Below the pieces are notes generated by a model. It was not told the origin of the DNA. It searched no databases and saw only the letters and a program-made list of their open reading frames with translations. DNA of 64,000 bases, from positions 358,394-422,393 of the forward strand of contig OY282360.1 of NCBI GenBank assembly GCA_958295675.1, in the 5' to 3' direction. The stretch is from Minisyncoccota bacterium. GTDB lineage: Bacteria; Patescibacteriota; Minisyncoccia; Phycocordibacterales; JABAAK01. A program made the translations under genes and the position numbers. This document shows, piece after piece, positions 1-10,081 of this stretch (position 1 is its first letter; every line of letters begins with the position of its first letter).

Positions 1-254
1 GTCATGAGGATCCACTGTGTTTGTTGCCCTATGTAAGGAACAAGGCACACTGAGCCGTCACTTCTCATCTTCTGAATAGTATTATAGTATAAAATAGTAA
101 TTTATACAAGTTTTAGAATAGGGGGTGTTTGTCTTGATTTTACTAGGTATTTTGTTAGGTGTATCCCCTGTTGTATTCATATCCGATAAAAGCTGTTATT
201 GAAACCTCCGCAGCTGAGTATCATTAGGATATCAAGAGAGATATCCTAAATAAT

Positions 255-500
255 TACTGGAGATGTATAAAAAGTGAGAGGCACCGCCTGCGGAGAACCG
301 CAGGGGTGCCTGTGTTACAGGAGGTGTCTACTGCCTACTTTGAAAGAATGTTAAGTAGAGACCCGCCTGGGGTATTAAAAGGTAGAGGTATGGAGGTCTG
401 AAGATCAACCGGAACCAGGGATTCGCGCTGAAATGACAAAGGACCAAGCAAAACAACGCGAACATGCTAATCTCCATAAACCCCGCACACCTCCACCTTC
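255..500 (-). ncRNA. candidate structured small RNA (~245 nt) with its own promoter and intrinsic terminator
   Basis: Minus-strand promoter TTGATA (530-535) / 16-nt spacer / TACTAT (508-513). The 5' GGAGGUGU (plus 458-465) pairs with 3' ACACCUCC (plus 311-318). A GC hairpin at 266-301 is followed by a U-run on the minus strand. No credible ORF (405..635 has no RBS or homology). Family identity (6S/SRP/other) unknown. Confidence 0.3.
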
Positions 501-593
501 CAAATGTATAGTACCATGTTTCAATAAAATATCAAAAATATACCGTTTTGTGCTGTCTACACCAGCATAAATATTGCGTTTTAATTTTTTTTG

Positions 594-813
594 TGATATA
601 CTGAAATTTAGTTGAGAAAGTATCACAAAGATCATCGTACCGTTGTTTTCCCATTTTCGGCGGTATTTGCAAAAGCATCGACCTAGGCTGGCGATGTTAA
701 TAAATGGGAAGCATGCTCGTACTCGTGTTTCCTCCTTTCGCGATTATGGCATGTGGGGGAGGTTTCTTGCATATTTCCCGAGGAATTTGCAAGAAGCCCC
801 CTTTTCTTTTTTA
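594..813 (+). ncRNA. candidate plus-strand non-coding transcript
   Basis: TTGCGT (574-579) / 17 nt / TGaTATACT (594-602) promoter. Hairpin GGGGGAGGUUUCUUGCA...UGCAAGAAGCCCCC at 755-801 followed by a T-run at 802-813. Overlapping ORFs 643..855 and 704..976 lack an RBS and homology. Confidence 0.25.
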
Positions 814-923
814 TTCATCCACCGTATTTTTATACCACCATACACTCTACATTGACCATTGTTTTTTATATCTGCTATACTACTTGTGGATTCCAGTTGT
901 GAATTCCAGCCTCCCTTGGGATT

Positions 924-966
924 GGGGCTGTCTGTACTTAAAGTGCAGGCAGTCCCCTTTTTTATT
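924..966 (+). terminator. intrinsic terminator (14-bp stem incl. G-U pairs, loop UUAAA, T9 tail)
   Basis: ggggctgtctgtac-ttaaa-gtgcaggcagtcccc followed by tttttttatt. Confidence 0.45.
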
Positions 967-1004
967 CCGGCAATAGTAAAATAGCGCGGCAAAATGTTAT
1001 GGTG

Positions 1005-2045
1005 TCACGCCACACCCCTTTTTCCGTTACCGGCAAGCGGAATATCTTCGGTACCTTTGTATTTTTTTATAGCATGCTGCAATGTCTGAGTGAAAGCAAT
1101 CTGAGCGGTGTATGCATTTTCATCCTTTCCGTCCCATGCGGTAAGCGCGGGGTCCTGGAGTGCCCGTCCGTATGAAAAGGTAAGGGGCGGTCCGAATGAA
1201 AACTCAGTCCCCCGCTGTTCCGCGATGGCGCGAATACGCTGTATGTAGCTGATAGCGGTTTCTGAAGATAGTCCGCCTGATAGGAAAACAATGCCGTAAA
1301 ATCCTTTATCGCTGTCCAAGCCGATTTTTTTAAATACTGCCAGAGTTCGTTCGGCAACCGTATCCGCAGAAAGCGGTTCATTATCCAGTCCGGTTGCGGC
1401 AAAAGATGTTTTCAGGATGCATTGATGCGGATTGCAGTTAATATCACGAAGAGCGTGCACCACTGCTTCCAGTGTTCTCTCCAGTGCAGCGGCAACTTCA
1501 TCAATGGTATTGGTTCCTTTCAGCAGCACTTCCGGTTCCACAATGGGAACAAGATTGTGTTTCAGAACAGTTTGTGCGTATGTTGCCATGTTGGATGCCA
1601 TAGCCGCGAGAAATGCATCTTCTACGCCGGTAACCGGAATGACAGCGCGCCATTTCGTGAATGCAGCTCCTTCTTTTGCGTATTGCGCGCATTTTTTGTC
1701 CAGTGTTTCTAAACCTGTTGTGATAGAGAGCACATCACTGCCGTTATACGGCTCAAGTCCTTCGTCAACCTTAACACCGACGGCGATACCCATATGCTTC
1801 AGATAATCGCGTGTCGGCACGCCCTCAATACTGTGATCAGCGAATGTATCTTCCGAGAGGATAACTCCGCTGATGGTTCGTTCAAGGTTTGGGGTTGAGA
1901 AAAGCATATGCCGATAGCGCGACCGCATTTCTGCACTCGGCTCAATACCGCGAGATTCTAATCGTTTGTCCATTGATGACGGTCGTTCATCAGCGGCCAG
2001 GATACCTTTATACTCCTGAAAAATTGTTTGTAATGTTGTTCCCAT
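1005..2045 (-). CDS. fba: fructose-bisphosphate aldolase, class I
   Basis: 346 aa. Motifs ILAADE, FLSGG and SYGRALQ are typical of class I FBA. Confidence 0.85.
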   Translation of the reverse strand: MGTTLQTIFQEYKGILAADERPSSMDKRLESRGIEPSAEMRSRYRHMLFSTPNLERTISGVILSEDTFADHSIEGVPTRDYLKHMGIAVGVKVDEGLEPYNGSDVLSITTGLETLDKKCAQYAKEGAAFTKWRAVIPVTGVEDAFLAAMASNMATYAQTVLKHNLVPIVEPEVLLKGTNTIDEVAAALERTLEAVVHALRDINCNPHQCILKTSFAATGLDNEPLSADTVAERTLAVFKKIGLDSDKGFYGIVFLSGGLSSETAISYIQRIRAIAEQRGTEFSFGPPLTFSYGRALQDPALTAWDGKDENAYTAQIAFTQTLQHAIKKYKGTEDIPLAGNGKRGVA

Positions 2046-2055
2046 AGTGTTCGTG

Positions 2056-2493
2056 CTATGTGCTTTTTGCGACAGTAACGGTTAGGGGTTTCTTTGTATC
2101 GCCGCAATTGATGGTTATCACATGTGTTCCGGTTTCTTTGATAGCAACAGGAGGAAACCAAGAAACTAATGCGTCAATTCCTTGTTCCTTGAGGTGCTGT
2201 ATCAAGGTTTCAGCGGTAACTGCCTGAAAAAGAGTATCTTGTTCATTAACCGTTGCAGGTATAGTTATCTCAGACGGTATGCGTTCAAAAATAGCACTCT
2301 CTTTTTTAATTTTTTCAGCATGTTGTTCTTTTTGTGCCGCCTTCTGTGCCGCGATATTTTTTCCCTGTTCTCCAGTTTTTTCCGCCGCTTTTTTTTGTGG
2401 GATCAGACAGTTCATAGCATAGCCATCACGCACAACGCATACATCGCCGCGTGTTCCGAGTCCTTTAATATCTTCTAATAAAACAACTTCCAT
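2056..2493 (-). CDS. rplI: 50S ribosomal protein L9
   Basis: 145 aa. N-terminus MEVVLLEDIKGLGTRGDVCVVRDGYAMNCLIP matches the L9 N-domain. Confidence 0.85.
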   Translation of the reverse strand: MEVVLLEDIKGLGTRGDVCVVRDGYAMNCLIPQKKAAEKTGEQGKNIAAQKAAQKEQHAEKIKKESAIFERIPSEITIPATVNEQDTLFQAVTAETLIQHLKEQGIDALVSWFPPVAIKETGTHVITINCGDTKKPLTVTVAKST

Positions 2494-2793
2494 AGAGGGT
2501 ATACTATCATATTTTATTAAAAGATAGCAGACAAAGGAAGTACACGACAGATATATTCATAGCTCATATGTGTACATGTTGGGTATAAAAAACACCGAGG
2601 GAGACATCCGAAAATGTCTCCCTCGGTGTACCCTTTCCGAAGAAAAGGTACAGCAAGAAGTATACAGGAATCTATTTTCCTGTCAATACCATTATTGTAC
2701 TCCATAACATTATTGACAATTAGTATATTTCTTTGAAAAATACATAAAAAATACCCTTATATATAAGTGTTATTTTGGCAGTATTGAGAGGTA

Positions 2794-2822
2794 TTGACAA
2801 TTTCTTTAATTTAGTGTAATAT
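2794..2822 (+). promoter_or_regulatory. sigma70-like promoter (TTGACA / 17 nt / TAATAT)
   Basis: Perfect -35 hexamer at 2794-2799, 17-nt spacer, -10 at 2817-2822. No plus-strand CDS follows. Confidence 0.4.
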
Positions 2823-2829
2823 ATAGTCA

Positions 2830-2986
2830 GGTGGAAGACAGGGAATATCTTTGACATGAAGGCGGTTAGAAGACCAGCGTTCGGCGTAAAAACCGGCAAC
2901 AGAGTCCTACCGCTGCAGAAAACTGCTTAACTTCCCGCTTACCACCCACAAAAGGCACCTCCTCTGGAGGTGCCTCTTACTTTTAT
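2830..2986 (+). ncRNA. candidate small RNA (~155 nt) between promoter and intrinsic terminator
   Basis: Transcript would run from about 2830 to the hairpin aggcacctcc-tctg-gaggtgcct (2953-2975) plus T-run. The 5' GGUGGAAG can pair with 3' CUUCC..CCACC. Only a 25-aa ORF (MKAVRRPAFGVKTGNRVLPLQKTA) is present. Confidence 0.35.
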
Positions 2987-3109
2987 AGTGTACCAAAAAC
3001 TATTGAGCAGAGACATCCGTACCTATGTATACTTCCCCACACCAAACAACACACCCCGGCATAGTACCGGGGTGTGTTGTTTAACAAACAAAGTACGATA
3101 GAGTTCCGA

Positions 3110-4513
3110 TTATGGATTGAAGATATCTTTTTCTTTCTTCTCTTCTTTTCTCTCTCCGTTAGGAGTATCCTCTTTTTTCTTGCCATCAAGATTATCCCGC
3201 TTCTTATCATTGAAGATGTTCTGATTCTGACCGCCGAAGATATTGTTTTGATTCTTATCATCAAACATATCTTTTTGCTTTTTCTGCTCTTTCCAGCGTT
3301 TTATAGCCGGAGTGGCGATAATCAGAATAATGATAATAATCAGGAGAGTAAGAATCATCGCAGGGACTCTCCCTTCCGTGTCTTCCTTCTTGACATCTCT
3401 CTCTCTCGGTGTGAGCGTTATGGCAGCCTCTTTATCAATCTCACCTCCTTTCTTTTTTGTGATTACCAGAGGTGTATCGCTTTCTTTCTCTTTGTCCTTC
3501 TCACTCTCTTTCTCTCTTGACTCTTTCTCTTTCAACAGCGTTGCAATATCTGATTCAACCTTTCCGATTTTCTTATGAATTTCAAGAAGAAGGCGGTCAC
3601 GATCAACTTGCTCTGTTGCCGCGGCAATTCGTTCAAATTGTCCGACATCAACAGAAAGACCGCCTCCGCGACCATCAAACGCGATTTGCTGTTGCTGCGC
3701 TTTTAGTCGCTTCAATGCCATCTGTGTTTTGGCAATTTTCTTCCGAAGATAACGCACCATTTCCTCCCGGGTGAGTGTTTCACTTGTTTCCGGGTGCATA
3801 TATGAAACAGCAGAAGAATCAGCACTCATACTCTTTCTTTTACCGGATCGTGTGATTGTAACATGCGCACCGTCCGTTACTGTTTCGTTCAGCGGAAATG
3901 AAGCAATGTGTGTGCTTCGATGAACACTTGATTTTTTGGTCGGCAATATCGGAGCGACCGTTTCAGTCATGTCAACATGTTCTTCAAGCGGTTGTTTAAC
4001 GCGATCATGCGCCGCCTCTTTTTCGCTTACCATCACGGCAATTTTGCCGCGTACTTCTTCAATTTGCTGCTTGAGAAGAGCAACCATCTCTTTTCGTTTT
4101 AGTTCCGCATCTGCGGCGCGCTCCTCCAGGGTGTCAATTCTTTCCCGAACATTGTCAATTTTCTCCTGAATTTCTGCCGGATCCGCCTCATGTTCAGGTG
4201 TTTCGTCTTCGCGTGTCTCTTCTCCTTCTTCCTGCTCTTCCTCACCGTCAACCTCTTCGTCCTGCTGCTCTTCTTCAGATTCTTCGTCTTCTGTTTCAAT
4301 TTCAACAGTTATTTCCGGTTCTGTTTCTTCTTCAGGGTCAGTGTTTTGGGATATAACAGTGTGTGTCGCGAGCAGTGAAATACCGCAGGCAAGCACTACA
4401 AGGATATACGCTATCGTACTAGTATACTTACTATTCGTCATTTTAATTGTTGTAGATGGATAATTACAGGTTAAAAAAATGTAAAGATACAAACAAGAAA
4501 GTTTGTATATCAT
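3110..4513 (-). CDS. membrane-anchored coiled-coil protein with poly-acidic (E/D-rich) region and K-rich C-terminal tail
   Basis: 467 aa. N-terminal TM/signal, about 60 aa of E/D-rich low complexity, a long heptad-like helical region, a second TM near the C-terminus, then a K-rich tail. No recognizable enzymatic motif. Confidence 0.55.
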   Translation of the reverse strand: MIYKLSCLYLYIFLTCNYPSTTIKMTNSKYTSTIAYILVVLACGISLLATHTVISQNTDPEEETEPEITVEIETEDEESEEEQQDEEVDGEEEQEEGEETREDETPEHEADPAEIQEKIDNVRERIDTLEERAADAELKRKEMVALLKQQIEEVRGKIAVMVSEKEAAHDRVKQPLEEHVDMTETVAPILPTKKSSVHRSTHIASFPLNETVTDGAHVTITRSGKRKSMSADSSAVSYMHPETSETLTREEMVRYLRKKIAKTQMALKRLKAQQQQIAFDGRGGGLSVDVGQFERIAAATEQVDRDRLLLEIHKKIGKVESDIATLLKEKESREKESEKDKEKESDTPLVITKKKGGEIDKEAAITLTPRERDVKKEDTEGRVPAMILTLLIIIIILIIATPAIKRWKEQKKQKDMFDDKNQNNIFGGQNQNIFNDKKRDNLDGKKKEDTPNGERKEEKKEKDIFNP

Positions 4514-4662
4514 TAAGTAAAGTCAGATATACAAACATGTGTTGCATCTAACCGTAAAGATCACATCTCCAAAAGAACAAATATACCTCCAGCAGGGCTA
4601 TTGCCCGACTATGGATACATATTTCATGCTGCCATACCCCCTATAATAGCGCAAGGACGATT

Positions 4663-6303
4663 TTACTGGCTTTTTAGGTGTTCCACGGCACGATCAAGCG
4701 CATATGTTTCAATGTCAGCGTCCGCATCTTCTTTCAGCATTGCCCTCAAATCTTTTTCATAATCAACATCGGGCTCAATGCCGCCATCGCCGATCGGTTT
4801 TTTATCCGGCGTAAGCCAATGCGCGGTCGTGATTTTTAGTATAGCGTTATCACCAACCCGTTTCACGGTCTGCACGGATCCTTTGCCGGTTGTGTGGGTG
4901 CCGACGATATCAGCAATACCATGATGGCGGAGCGTCGCGGCAAGAATTTCAGATGCCGATGCGGTACCGCCGTCAACAAGAATAGTCATAGGCGGGAATA
5001 TGTCACCGCGGAATGCTGATTTATTGGTTCGATAGACACGCAGGCGTTCGGTGCCGTTATATTCGTAGAAGATGACGGAGCGATCGGGCAGGAAAAGACC
5101 GGCAATATACATCGCGGATGAGAGAACACCGCCGCTATTTCCTCGCATGTCCAGAAGAAGACGATTCGGTCCTCCGCTGTTCGCTTTATTAGAAAATTCC
5201 TGCAATGCGTTGCGAAATGCCTGAGGTGTTTGTTTTGTAAAATTCAGAAGATGAATCACGAAGACATCATCACGCACATCTGTCTCAACCGTCGGTATAT
5301 CCACCTTGTCGCGAAGTATGGCGATATCAAATTCTTCATCGGCTGAAGGGCGGTATATGTTCAGATTTACAAGGGTGCCTCGTTTGCCGCGAATAGCATG
5401 CGAGGCCTCCGCGAGGGAGTAACGCGTACTGGGCACACCGTCAATGGTGCGGATAACATCATCAGACCGTAAATCCGCCTGTGCCGCGGGACTTCTTTTT
5501 ATCGCTTTCAGGATGACTAATTCATCATCAACAATGGCAATGTATGCTCCGATAACACCGTCAATTTCGCCGTCCAGCACTTCTTCCCTGAATTTTTCCG
5601 CATCATCCATCGGCAGAAAACTAGTGTAGACATCGTTGGTCGCAAAGGTCAATCCGGCGGTGGCACCTTCCACCAAATCCTTTCTGGTCAGTTTTTCGGA
5701 TTCAAGAGGCACATTTTCACTCTCTTCCCTGTTTTCACCGTTCTTGTACCGTTCGGGCTGAGCAACAAAATCCCGCTCAATAATGCGCCACACTTCCCAA
5801 AACTCGCTGAAATCAGCATCCTGAAACTCTTCGGGAGTTTCACTCGCTACATCGTTAATGAATGAGTAGTCAACCTCCTCTTCAATGCGTACATGTTCTG
5901 TTTCCGAGAGCTCGTTCGGATTAGCAATGAATTGGGATAAGAATGGGTTGTTATGAACAACAAGAATAAAAAATACTCCGATACTCAATGCGATACCGCC
6001 GACAACACCCGCGAAGATTTTAAAACCGGTGTGACAAATCCGTTTTTTCAATTCCTGTATTGATATTTTTCTGCGTCCGGAAGCATTTTTTGTTCCCTCC
6101 GGCGGTGTCGCGGTATACCGCGATTGCACTGTTGAGGAGAGCGGCGGAGTATTCGTGGCGTGCTTTGTGGATCGTTTCTTCGCGATGCGCACTGTTCGTT
6201 TTTTTACCGATTTCGCTGATGAAGAGCCGGATTTTTTTTTGGACACGCGTTTTTTCGGCGTCCTGCCGGACGAAGGTTTCTTAGTTTCCGCCATACTGAA
6301 CAA
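4663..6303 (-). CDS. ctpA: carboxyl-terminal processing protease (S41 family, PDZ domain), membrane anchored
   Basis: 546 aa. LDMRGNSGG, GTASASEI and TTGKGSVQ match the S41 catalytic region. K-rich N-terminus plus TM. Confidence 0.8.
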   Translation of the reverse strand: MFSMAETKKPSSGRTPKKRVSKKKSGSSSAKSVKKRTVRIAKKRSTKHATNTPPLSSTVQSRYTATPPEGTKNASGRRKISIQELKKRICHTGFKIFAGVVGGIALSIGVFFILVVHNNPFLSQFIANPNELSETEHVRIEEEVDYSFINDVASETPEEFQDADFSEFWEVWRIIERDFVAQPERYKNGENREESENVPLESEKLTRKDLVEGATAGLTFATNDVYTSFLPMDDAEKFREEVLDGEIDGVIGAYIAIVDDELVILKAIKRSPAAQADLRSDDVIRTIDGVPSTRYSLAEASHAIRGKRGTLVNLNIYRPSADEEFDIAILRDKVDIPTVETDVRDDVFVIHLLNFTKQTPQAFRNALQEFSNKANSGGPNRLLLDMRGNSGGVLSSAMYIAGLFLPDRSVIFYEYNGTERLRVYRTNKSAFRGDIFPPMTILVDGGTASASEILAATLRHHGIADIVGTHTTGKGSVQTVKRVGDNAILKITTAHWLTPDKKPIGDGGIEPDVDYEKDLRAMLKEDADADIETYALDRAVEHLKSQ

Positions 6304-6371
6304 AGTATACCATTATGATATACTGCGCGTATAGATATCCACAAAAATATATGCGGAACCGACACACACTC

Positions 6372-7766
6372 ATGCTGTACGATACAAGGTCAAGAGAATG
6401 CCGCGCATTCCGACCTGCGGGAAAAAGAGTATCAATATATTCATGCGGTCCGACTCTGTACCGTCCGCAGCACATCGGCAATATACGCGCGTATGTATTC
6501 GCTGATACGCTCAACCGCGCGCTACGGCATTACGGCTATCAACCGAAGCATATCATCAATCTGACTGATGTCGGTCATTTGACCGATGACGCTGATGCCG
6601 GAGAGGATAAGATTGAGAAACAAGCGCAGACAGAAAACAGCACCGCACGGGCGATTACTGAAAAAATTGCAGGGATGTTTTTCAGTGATTTGGAGAAAAT
6701 GAACATATCTCTCAGGCGGTATATATTTCCGAGGGCGACCGATTATATTGCTGAACAAATTGAACTGGTACGGGCACTTGAAAAACAGGGACTCACCTAT
6801 GACATACCGGACGGCATCTATTTCAATACAGGTGCATATCCTCAGTACGGTGCGTTAGGATTGTCGTCTGAGAACGCGGATGACGCGCATGCGCGGATAG
6901 ATGCGGTTGAAGGAAAAAAAAGTTCACATGATTTCGCGTTGTGGAAGCGGACACCGCAGGGTGTCAGCCGCCAACAGGAATGGGATTCACCGTGGGGACG
7001 CGGTTTTCCCGGTTGGCATGCGGAGTGTTCGGCAATGGCAATGAAACTGTTGGGACAGACCATTGATATTCACACGGGCGGTGCGGATCACATTGCCGTG
7101 CATCACAACAACGAGATAGCGCAAAGCGAAGGTGCGACCGGGGAAACATTCGCGAAGGTGTGGATGCACGGCGCGTTTCTGATCATGGAAGGTGATAAAA
7201 TGGCGAAATCAGTCGGTAATGTGTATACAGTGAGCGATCTTGAAGAACGCGGCTATGAGCCGCTTGCGTTGCGGTATCTGTTTCTTCAATCCTCATACCG
7301 AACACCGCTTTCGTTTTCTTTTGCAGCACTTGAGGCGGCACAGACAGCGCTCCGGCGTCTGCAGAGAGAATATGATGCGCTTCCCCATCCTATGTTTCCT
7401 TTGTGGCGGAAAAAGCCGGATAATCAGTATATCGAACAGATAGATGTGGCAATTGCCGATAATCTGAATACTGCGAAAGTACTTGCCGCGGCATGGGACG
7501 CATTGCGCGACACTAAACTTGAACCGGCAGAGAGACAAAAGACAATACGGTATGCCGATTCCCTACTCGGTGTGTTATCAATGAGCCGAAAAAAGGATGA
7601 TGAAGAAATAGTTCCGCAGGAAGTTACAGCACTGCTGAAAAAACGGGATGAAGCGCGCGCAAAGAAAGCATACGATGAGGCGGACGCATTACGGGAGGAA
7701 ATAGCGAAACACGGATATGAAGTGTTTGATTCTGAAAAAGGGAGTTCTGTAGGAAAAAGGAGGTAA
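6372..7766 (+). CDS. cysS: cysteinyl-tRNA synthetase
   Basis: CGPTLY..HIGN (HIGH-type) and KMAKSVGN (KMSKS) motifs. Start moved to the ATG at 6372 (MLYDTRS...) from the track start at 6315. Confidence 0.85.
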   Translation: MLYDTRSRECRAFRPAGKRVSIYSCGPTLYRPQHIGNIRAYVFADTLNRALRHYGYQPKHIINLTDVGHLTDDADAGEDKIEKQAQTENSTARAITEKIAGMFFSDLEKMNISLRRYIFPRATDYIAEQIELVRALEKQGLTYDIPDGIYFNTGAYPQYGALGLSSENADDAHARIDAVEGKKSSHDFALWKRTPQGVSRQQEWDSPWGRGFPGWHAECSAMAMKLLGQTIDIHTGGADHIAVHHNNEIAQSEGATGETFAKVWMHGAFLIMEGDKMAKSVGNVYTVSDLEERGYEPLALRYLFLQSSYRTPLSFSFAALEAAQTALRRLQREYDALPHPMFPLWRKKPDNQYIEQIDVAIADNLNTAKVLAAAWDALRDTKLEPAERQKTIRYADSLLGVLSMSRKKDDEEIVPQEVTALLKKRDEARAKKAYDEADALREEIAKHGYEVFDSEKGSSVGKRR

Positions 7767-7840
7767 TATGTTTTGCACAGCATTTAGGGTTTTACACATT
7801 GCATATTCATTCCCTATTTTGTGATAATACATATATATAT

Positions 7841-9277
7841 ATGAATAATGAAGAAACACCGAAAGGTGTGTATACTGACACGCTGTTGCCGCCGCAGACA
7901 CACCCCGCACCTCATGAAAGCGCAGTTGAGATGTCATTGCTCGGCGCGCTGCTGTGGAATGCGGATCGTTTTCACGATGTTGCCGAAATTGTTGATATTG
8001 ACGCGTTCTATGTTCCAAAACACCGTCATATTTTTGAAGCGATGCATGTTATTTCAAAACAGGGTGAAGCGATTGACTCAGTGACGATTGGCACCACTCT
8101 TGAGCAGATTGATCAACTTGAGGCAATAGGCGGTCGGGAATACCTCGCCGATTTGATAGAGCAGTCCCCCTCTACCGCGCATGTGGAGAGTTACGCGAAG
8201 ATTATTCAGAACGCGTACATTCGCCGTCGGCTGCAGAACGCCGGCACCAACATAGCGGAACTAAGTGTTTCGGGCGACAAAGAAGTTGAAACGCTTATAG
8301 ATGAATCAGAAAAAGAGCTGTTTGAGATAACACAGCATCACACGCACGCGCGGTACAAGGAGATAGCCGGCGTTATTCCCGATCTTGTGCATGAAATAAT
8401 TACGGTATCAGAAAATAGCAACAAGCACCGCGGTGTGCCGACCGGCTATGAGAAAATAGATAACGCACTATCCGGTCTGCATCCGTCTGACCTTGTTATT
8501 CTCGCGGCTCGTCCGAGTGTGGGTAAAACCGCACTCGCACTGGATATCGCACGCCGCACCGCGCTTGATCACAAAACACCGGTCGGTATTTTTTCGTTGG
8601 AAATGAGCACTGCTCAATTGATTGAGCGTTTACTCGCCTCTCAATCAGGGCTTGATGCGTGGCGCATGCGGACCGGGAGAATAAAGTCACAAAAAGATTT
8701 TGCTGCCTTGAATGAAGCAGCTGATCGACTCCGCGCGCTCCCTATCTATATTGATGACCGATCAGCGATGTCCACTTTGAATATCCGGTCAACCGCACGG
8801 CGGATGAAGCGGGAGCATGACATTCAAATACTTATCGTGGACTACCTGCAGCTCGTTAATCCGCATGAGACCCGCAGGTCTGACTCGTTGGTGCAGCATA
8901 TTACTGAAGTATCCCGCACGCTCAAGCAAGTCGCACGGGAACTTTCCATACCGGTATTGGCACTTTCTCAACTATCCCGGGATATTGAAAAACGAATGGG
9001 CAAACCGCGACTCTCCGATTTGCGGGATTCCGGATCAATTGAACAAGACGCTGATGTCGTTATGTTTCTGCATCGCAAAACCGATCAAATGTATGAGGGT
9101 GATGATAACGCACCCATACCGACAGAACTGCTCATTGAGAAACACCGAAACGGACCGACCGGTCGGGTTGCGCTGCAGTTTGATAAAAAGTTCGCGACAT
9201 TTAAGGAGCCCGCACCGGAAGAGTATGCGGGACAGGAGTTTGATGAAGGGGTGTCAGATGATACTGTTCCGTTTTAG
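7841..9277 (+). CDS. dnaB: replicative DNA helicase DnaB
   Basis: N-terminal LLGALLWN, Walker A ARPSVGKTALALDIA, LIVDYLQL, SQLSRDIEKR..KPRLSDLRDSGSIEQDADVV. Start taken at MNNEETP (7841). Confidence 0.85.
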   Translation: MNNEETPKGVYTDTLLPPQTHPAPHESAVEMSLLGALLWNADRFHDVAEIVDIDAFYVPKHRHIFEAMHVISKQGEAIDSVTIGTTLEQIDQLEAIGGREYLADLIEQSPSTAHVESYAKIIQNAYIRRRLQNAGTNIAELSVSGDKEVETLIDESEKELFEITQHHTHARYKEIAGVIPDLVHEIITVSENSNKHRGVPTGYEKIDNALSGLHPSDLVILAARPSVGKTALALDIARRTALDHKTPVGIFSLEMSTAQLIERLLASQSGLDAWRMRTGRIKSQKDFAALNEAADRLRALPIYIDDRSAMSTLNIRSTARRMKREHDIQILIVDYLQLVNPHETRRSDSLVQHITEVSRTLKQVARELSIPVLALSQLSRDIEKRMGKPRLSDLRDSGSIEQDADVVMFLHRKTDQMYEGDDNAPIPTELLIEKHRNGPTGRVALQFDKKFATFKEPAPEEYAGQEFDEGVSDDTVPF

Positions 9278-9283
9278 AAGAAT

Positions 9284-9892
9284 ATGGAATACGGACAGAC
9301 ATTTCTCGCGCTCGTCGAGTTGTTTAAAAAATTTCCGGGTATCGGACAGCGGCAGGCATTGCGATTCGCACATTTTATTATCCATTCGGATCAGCGGTAT
9401 GCGCGTCAACTGACCGACACCATTACCGCGGCATATCAAGCAAGCAAGCAGTGTCCTCAGTGTTTTATTCGCCATGAGTCAGACAGTGATATATGCACCA
9501 TTTGTCTGCAGAACGGAGTAGATACGCTTACAATCGTTGAAAAAGATATGGATGTGCATGTATTGCTCGCATCCGCCGACGGCAATCTGCATACGCATTA
9601 CTTTGTATTCGGCGGTCTCATACCAATAGCGAATGATACATCGGATCATGTTCGTATACAGCAACTGATGGAAACGATAAAGACAAAAAAACCGAAAGAA
9701 ATAATAATCGCATTCTCAGTGCATCCCGATGCGGATCACACTATCCGCCACCTTGCAGATCAAATCCGCAGCACATTCTCAGACATTACCGTCTCCGCGC
9801 TCGGACGAGGTCTCTCAAGCGGATCAGAGATTGAATACGCTGATCCGGAAACTATCACGAATGCGCTTAAAAAGCGAGAAAATGTACTGTAA
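9284..9892 (+). CDS. recR: recombination protein RecR
   Basis: 202 aa. HhH FPGIGQRQALRFA, C4 zinc finger CPQC...CTIC, Toprim region. Confidence 0.85.
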   Translation: MEYGQTFLALVELFKKFPGIGQRQALRFAHFIIHSDQRYARQLTDTITAAYQASKQCPQCFIRHESDSDICTICLQNGVDTLTIVEKDMDVHVLLASADGNLHTHYFVFGGLIPIANDTSDHVRIQQLMETIKTKKPKEIIIAFSVHPDADHTIRHLADQIRSTFSDITVSALGRGLSSGSEIEYADPETITNALKKRENVL

Positions 9893-9915
9893 AATAAAGG
9901 TATTTTCTTAAAAAA

Positions 9916-9951
9916 TTGACAATATATATATATATATATATATGGTATAGT
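9916..9951 (+). promoter_or_regulatory. promoter with (AT)11 dinucleotide tract in the spacer (TTGACA-(AT)11-gg-TATAGT)
   Basis: TTGACA 9916-9921, (AT)11 9922-9943, TATAGT 9946-9951. The 24-nt spacer is supra-optimal. Candidate slipped-strand phase-variable promoter. Confidence 0.4.
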
Positions 9952-10081
9952 CCTTACTGGATGTAGAAACTTCCCTACTCTTGCTATCTGGTGTAAAGTA
10001 TTGTATACTGTATATCAGACAGTGAGAGCAGATTTCCTGTTTTTACTAAACCTTCACACTTTCACGAAAGGAGAAACTCTA

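Noticed and set aside
405-976. ORFs 405..635 (-), 643..855 (+) and 704..976 (+).
   Set aside because: No RBS, low-complexity and odd composition, and they overlap predicted promoters and terminators. The region is more plausibly RNA or regulatory.
2856-2933. 25-aa ORF MKAVRRPAFGVKTGNRVLPLQKTA inside the candidate sRNA.
   Set aside because: No match to any small ribosomal protein, and the SD is weak. Kept only as a note.
6315-7840. Longer track starts for cysS (6315), dnaB (7799) and mraZ (21776).
   Set aside because: The upstream residues are not conserved in these families. Internal ATGs fit the family N-termini better.
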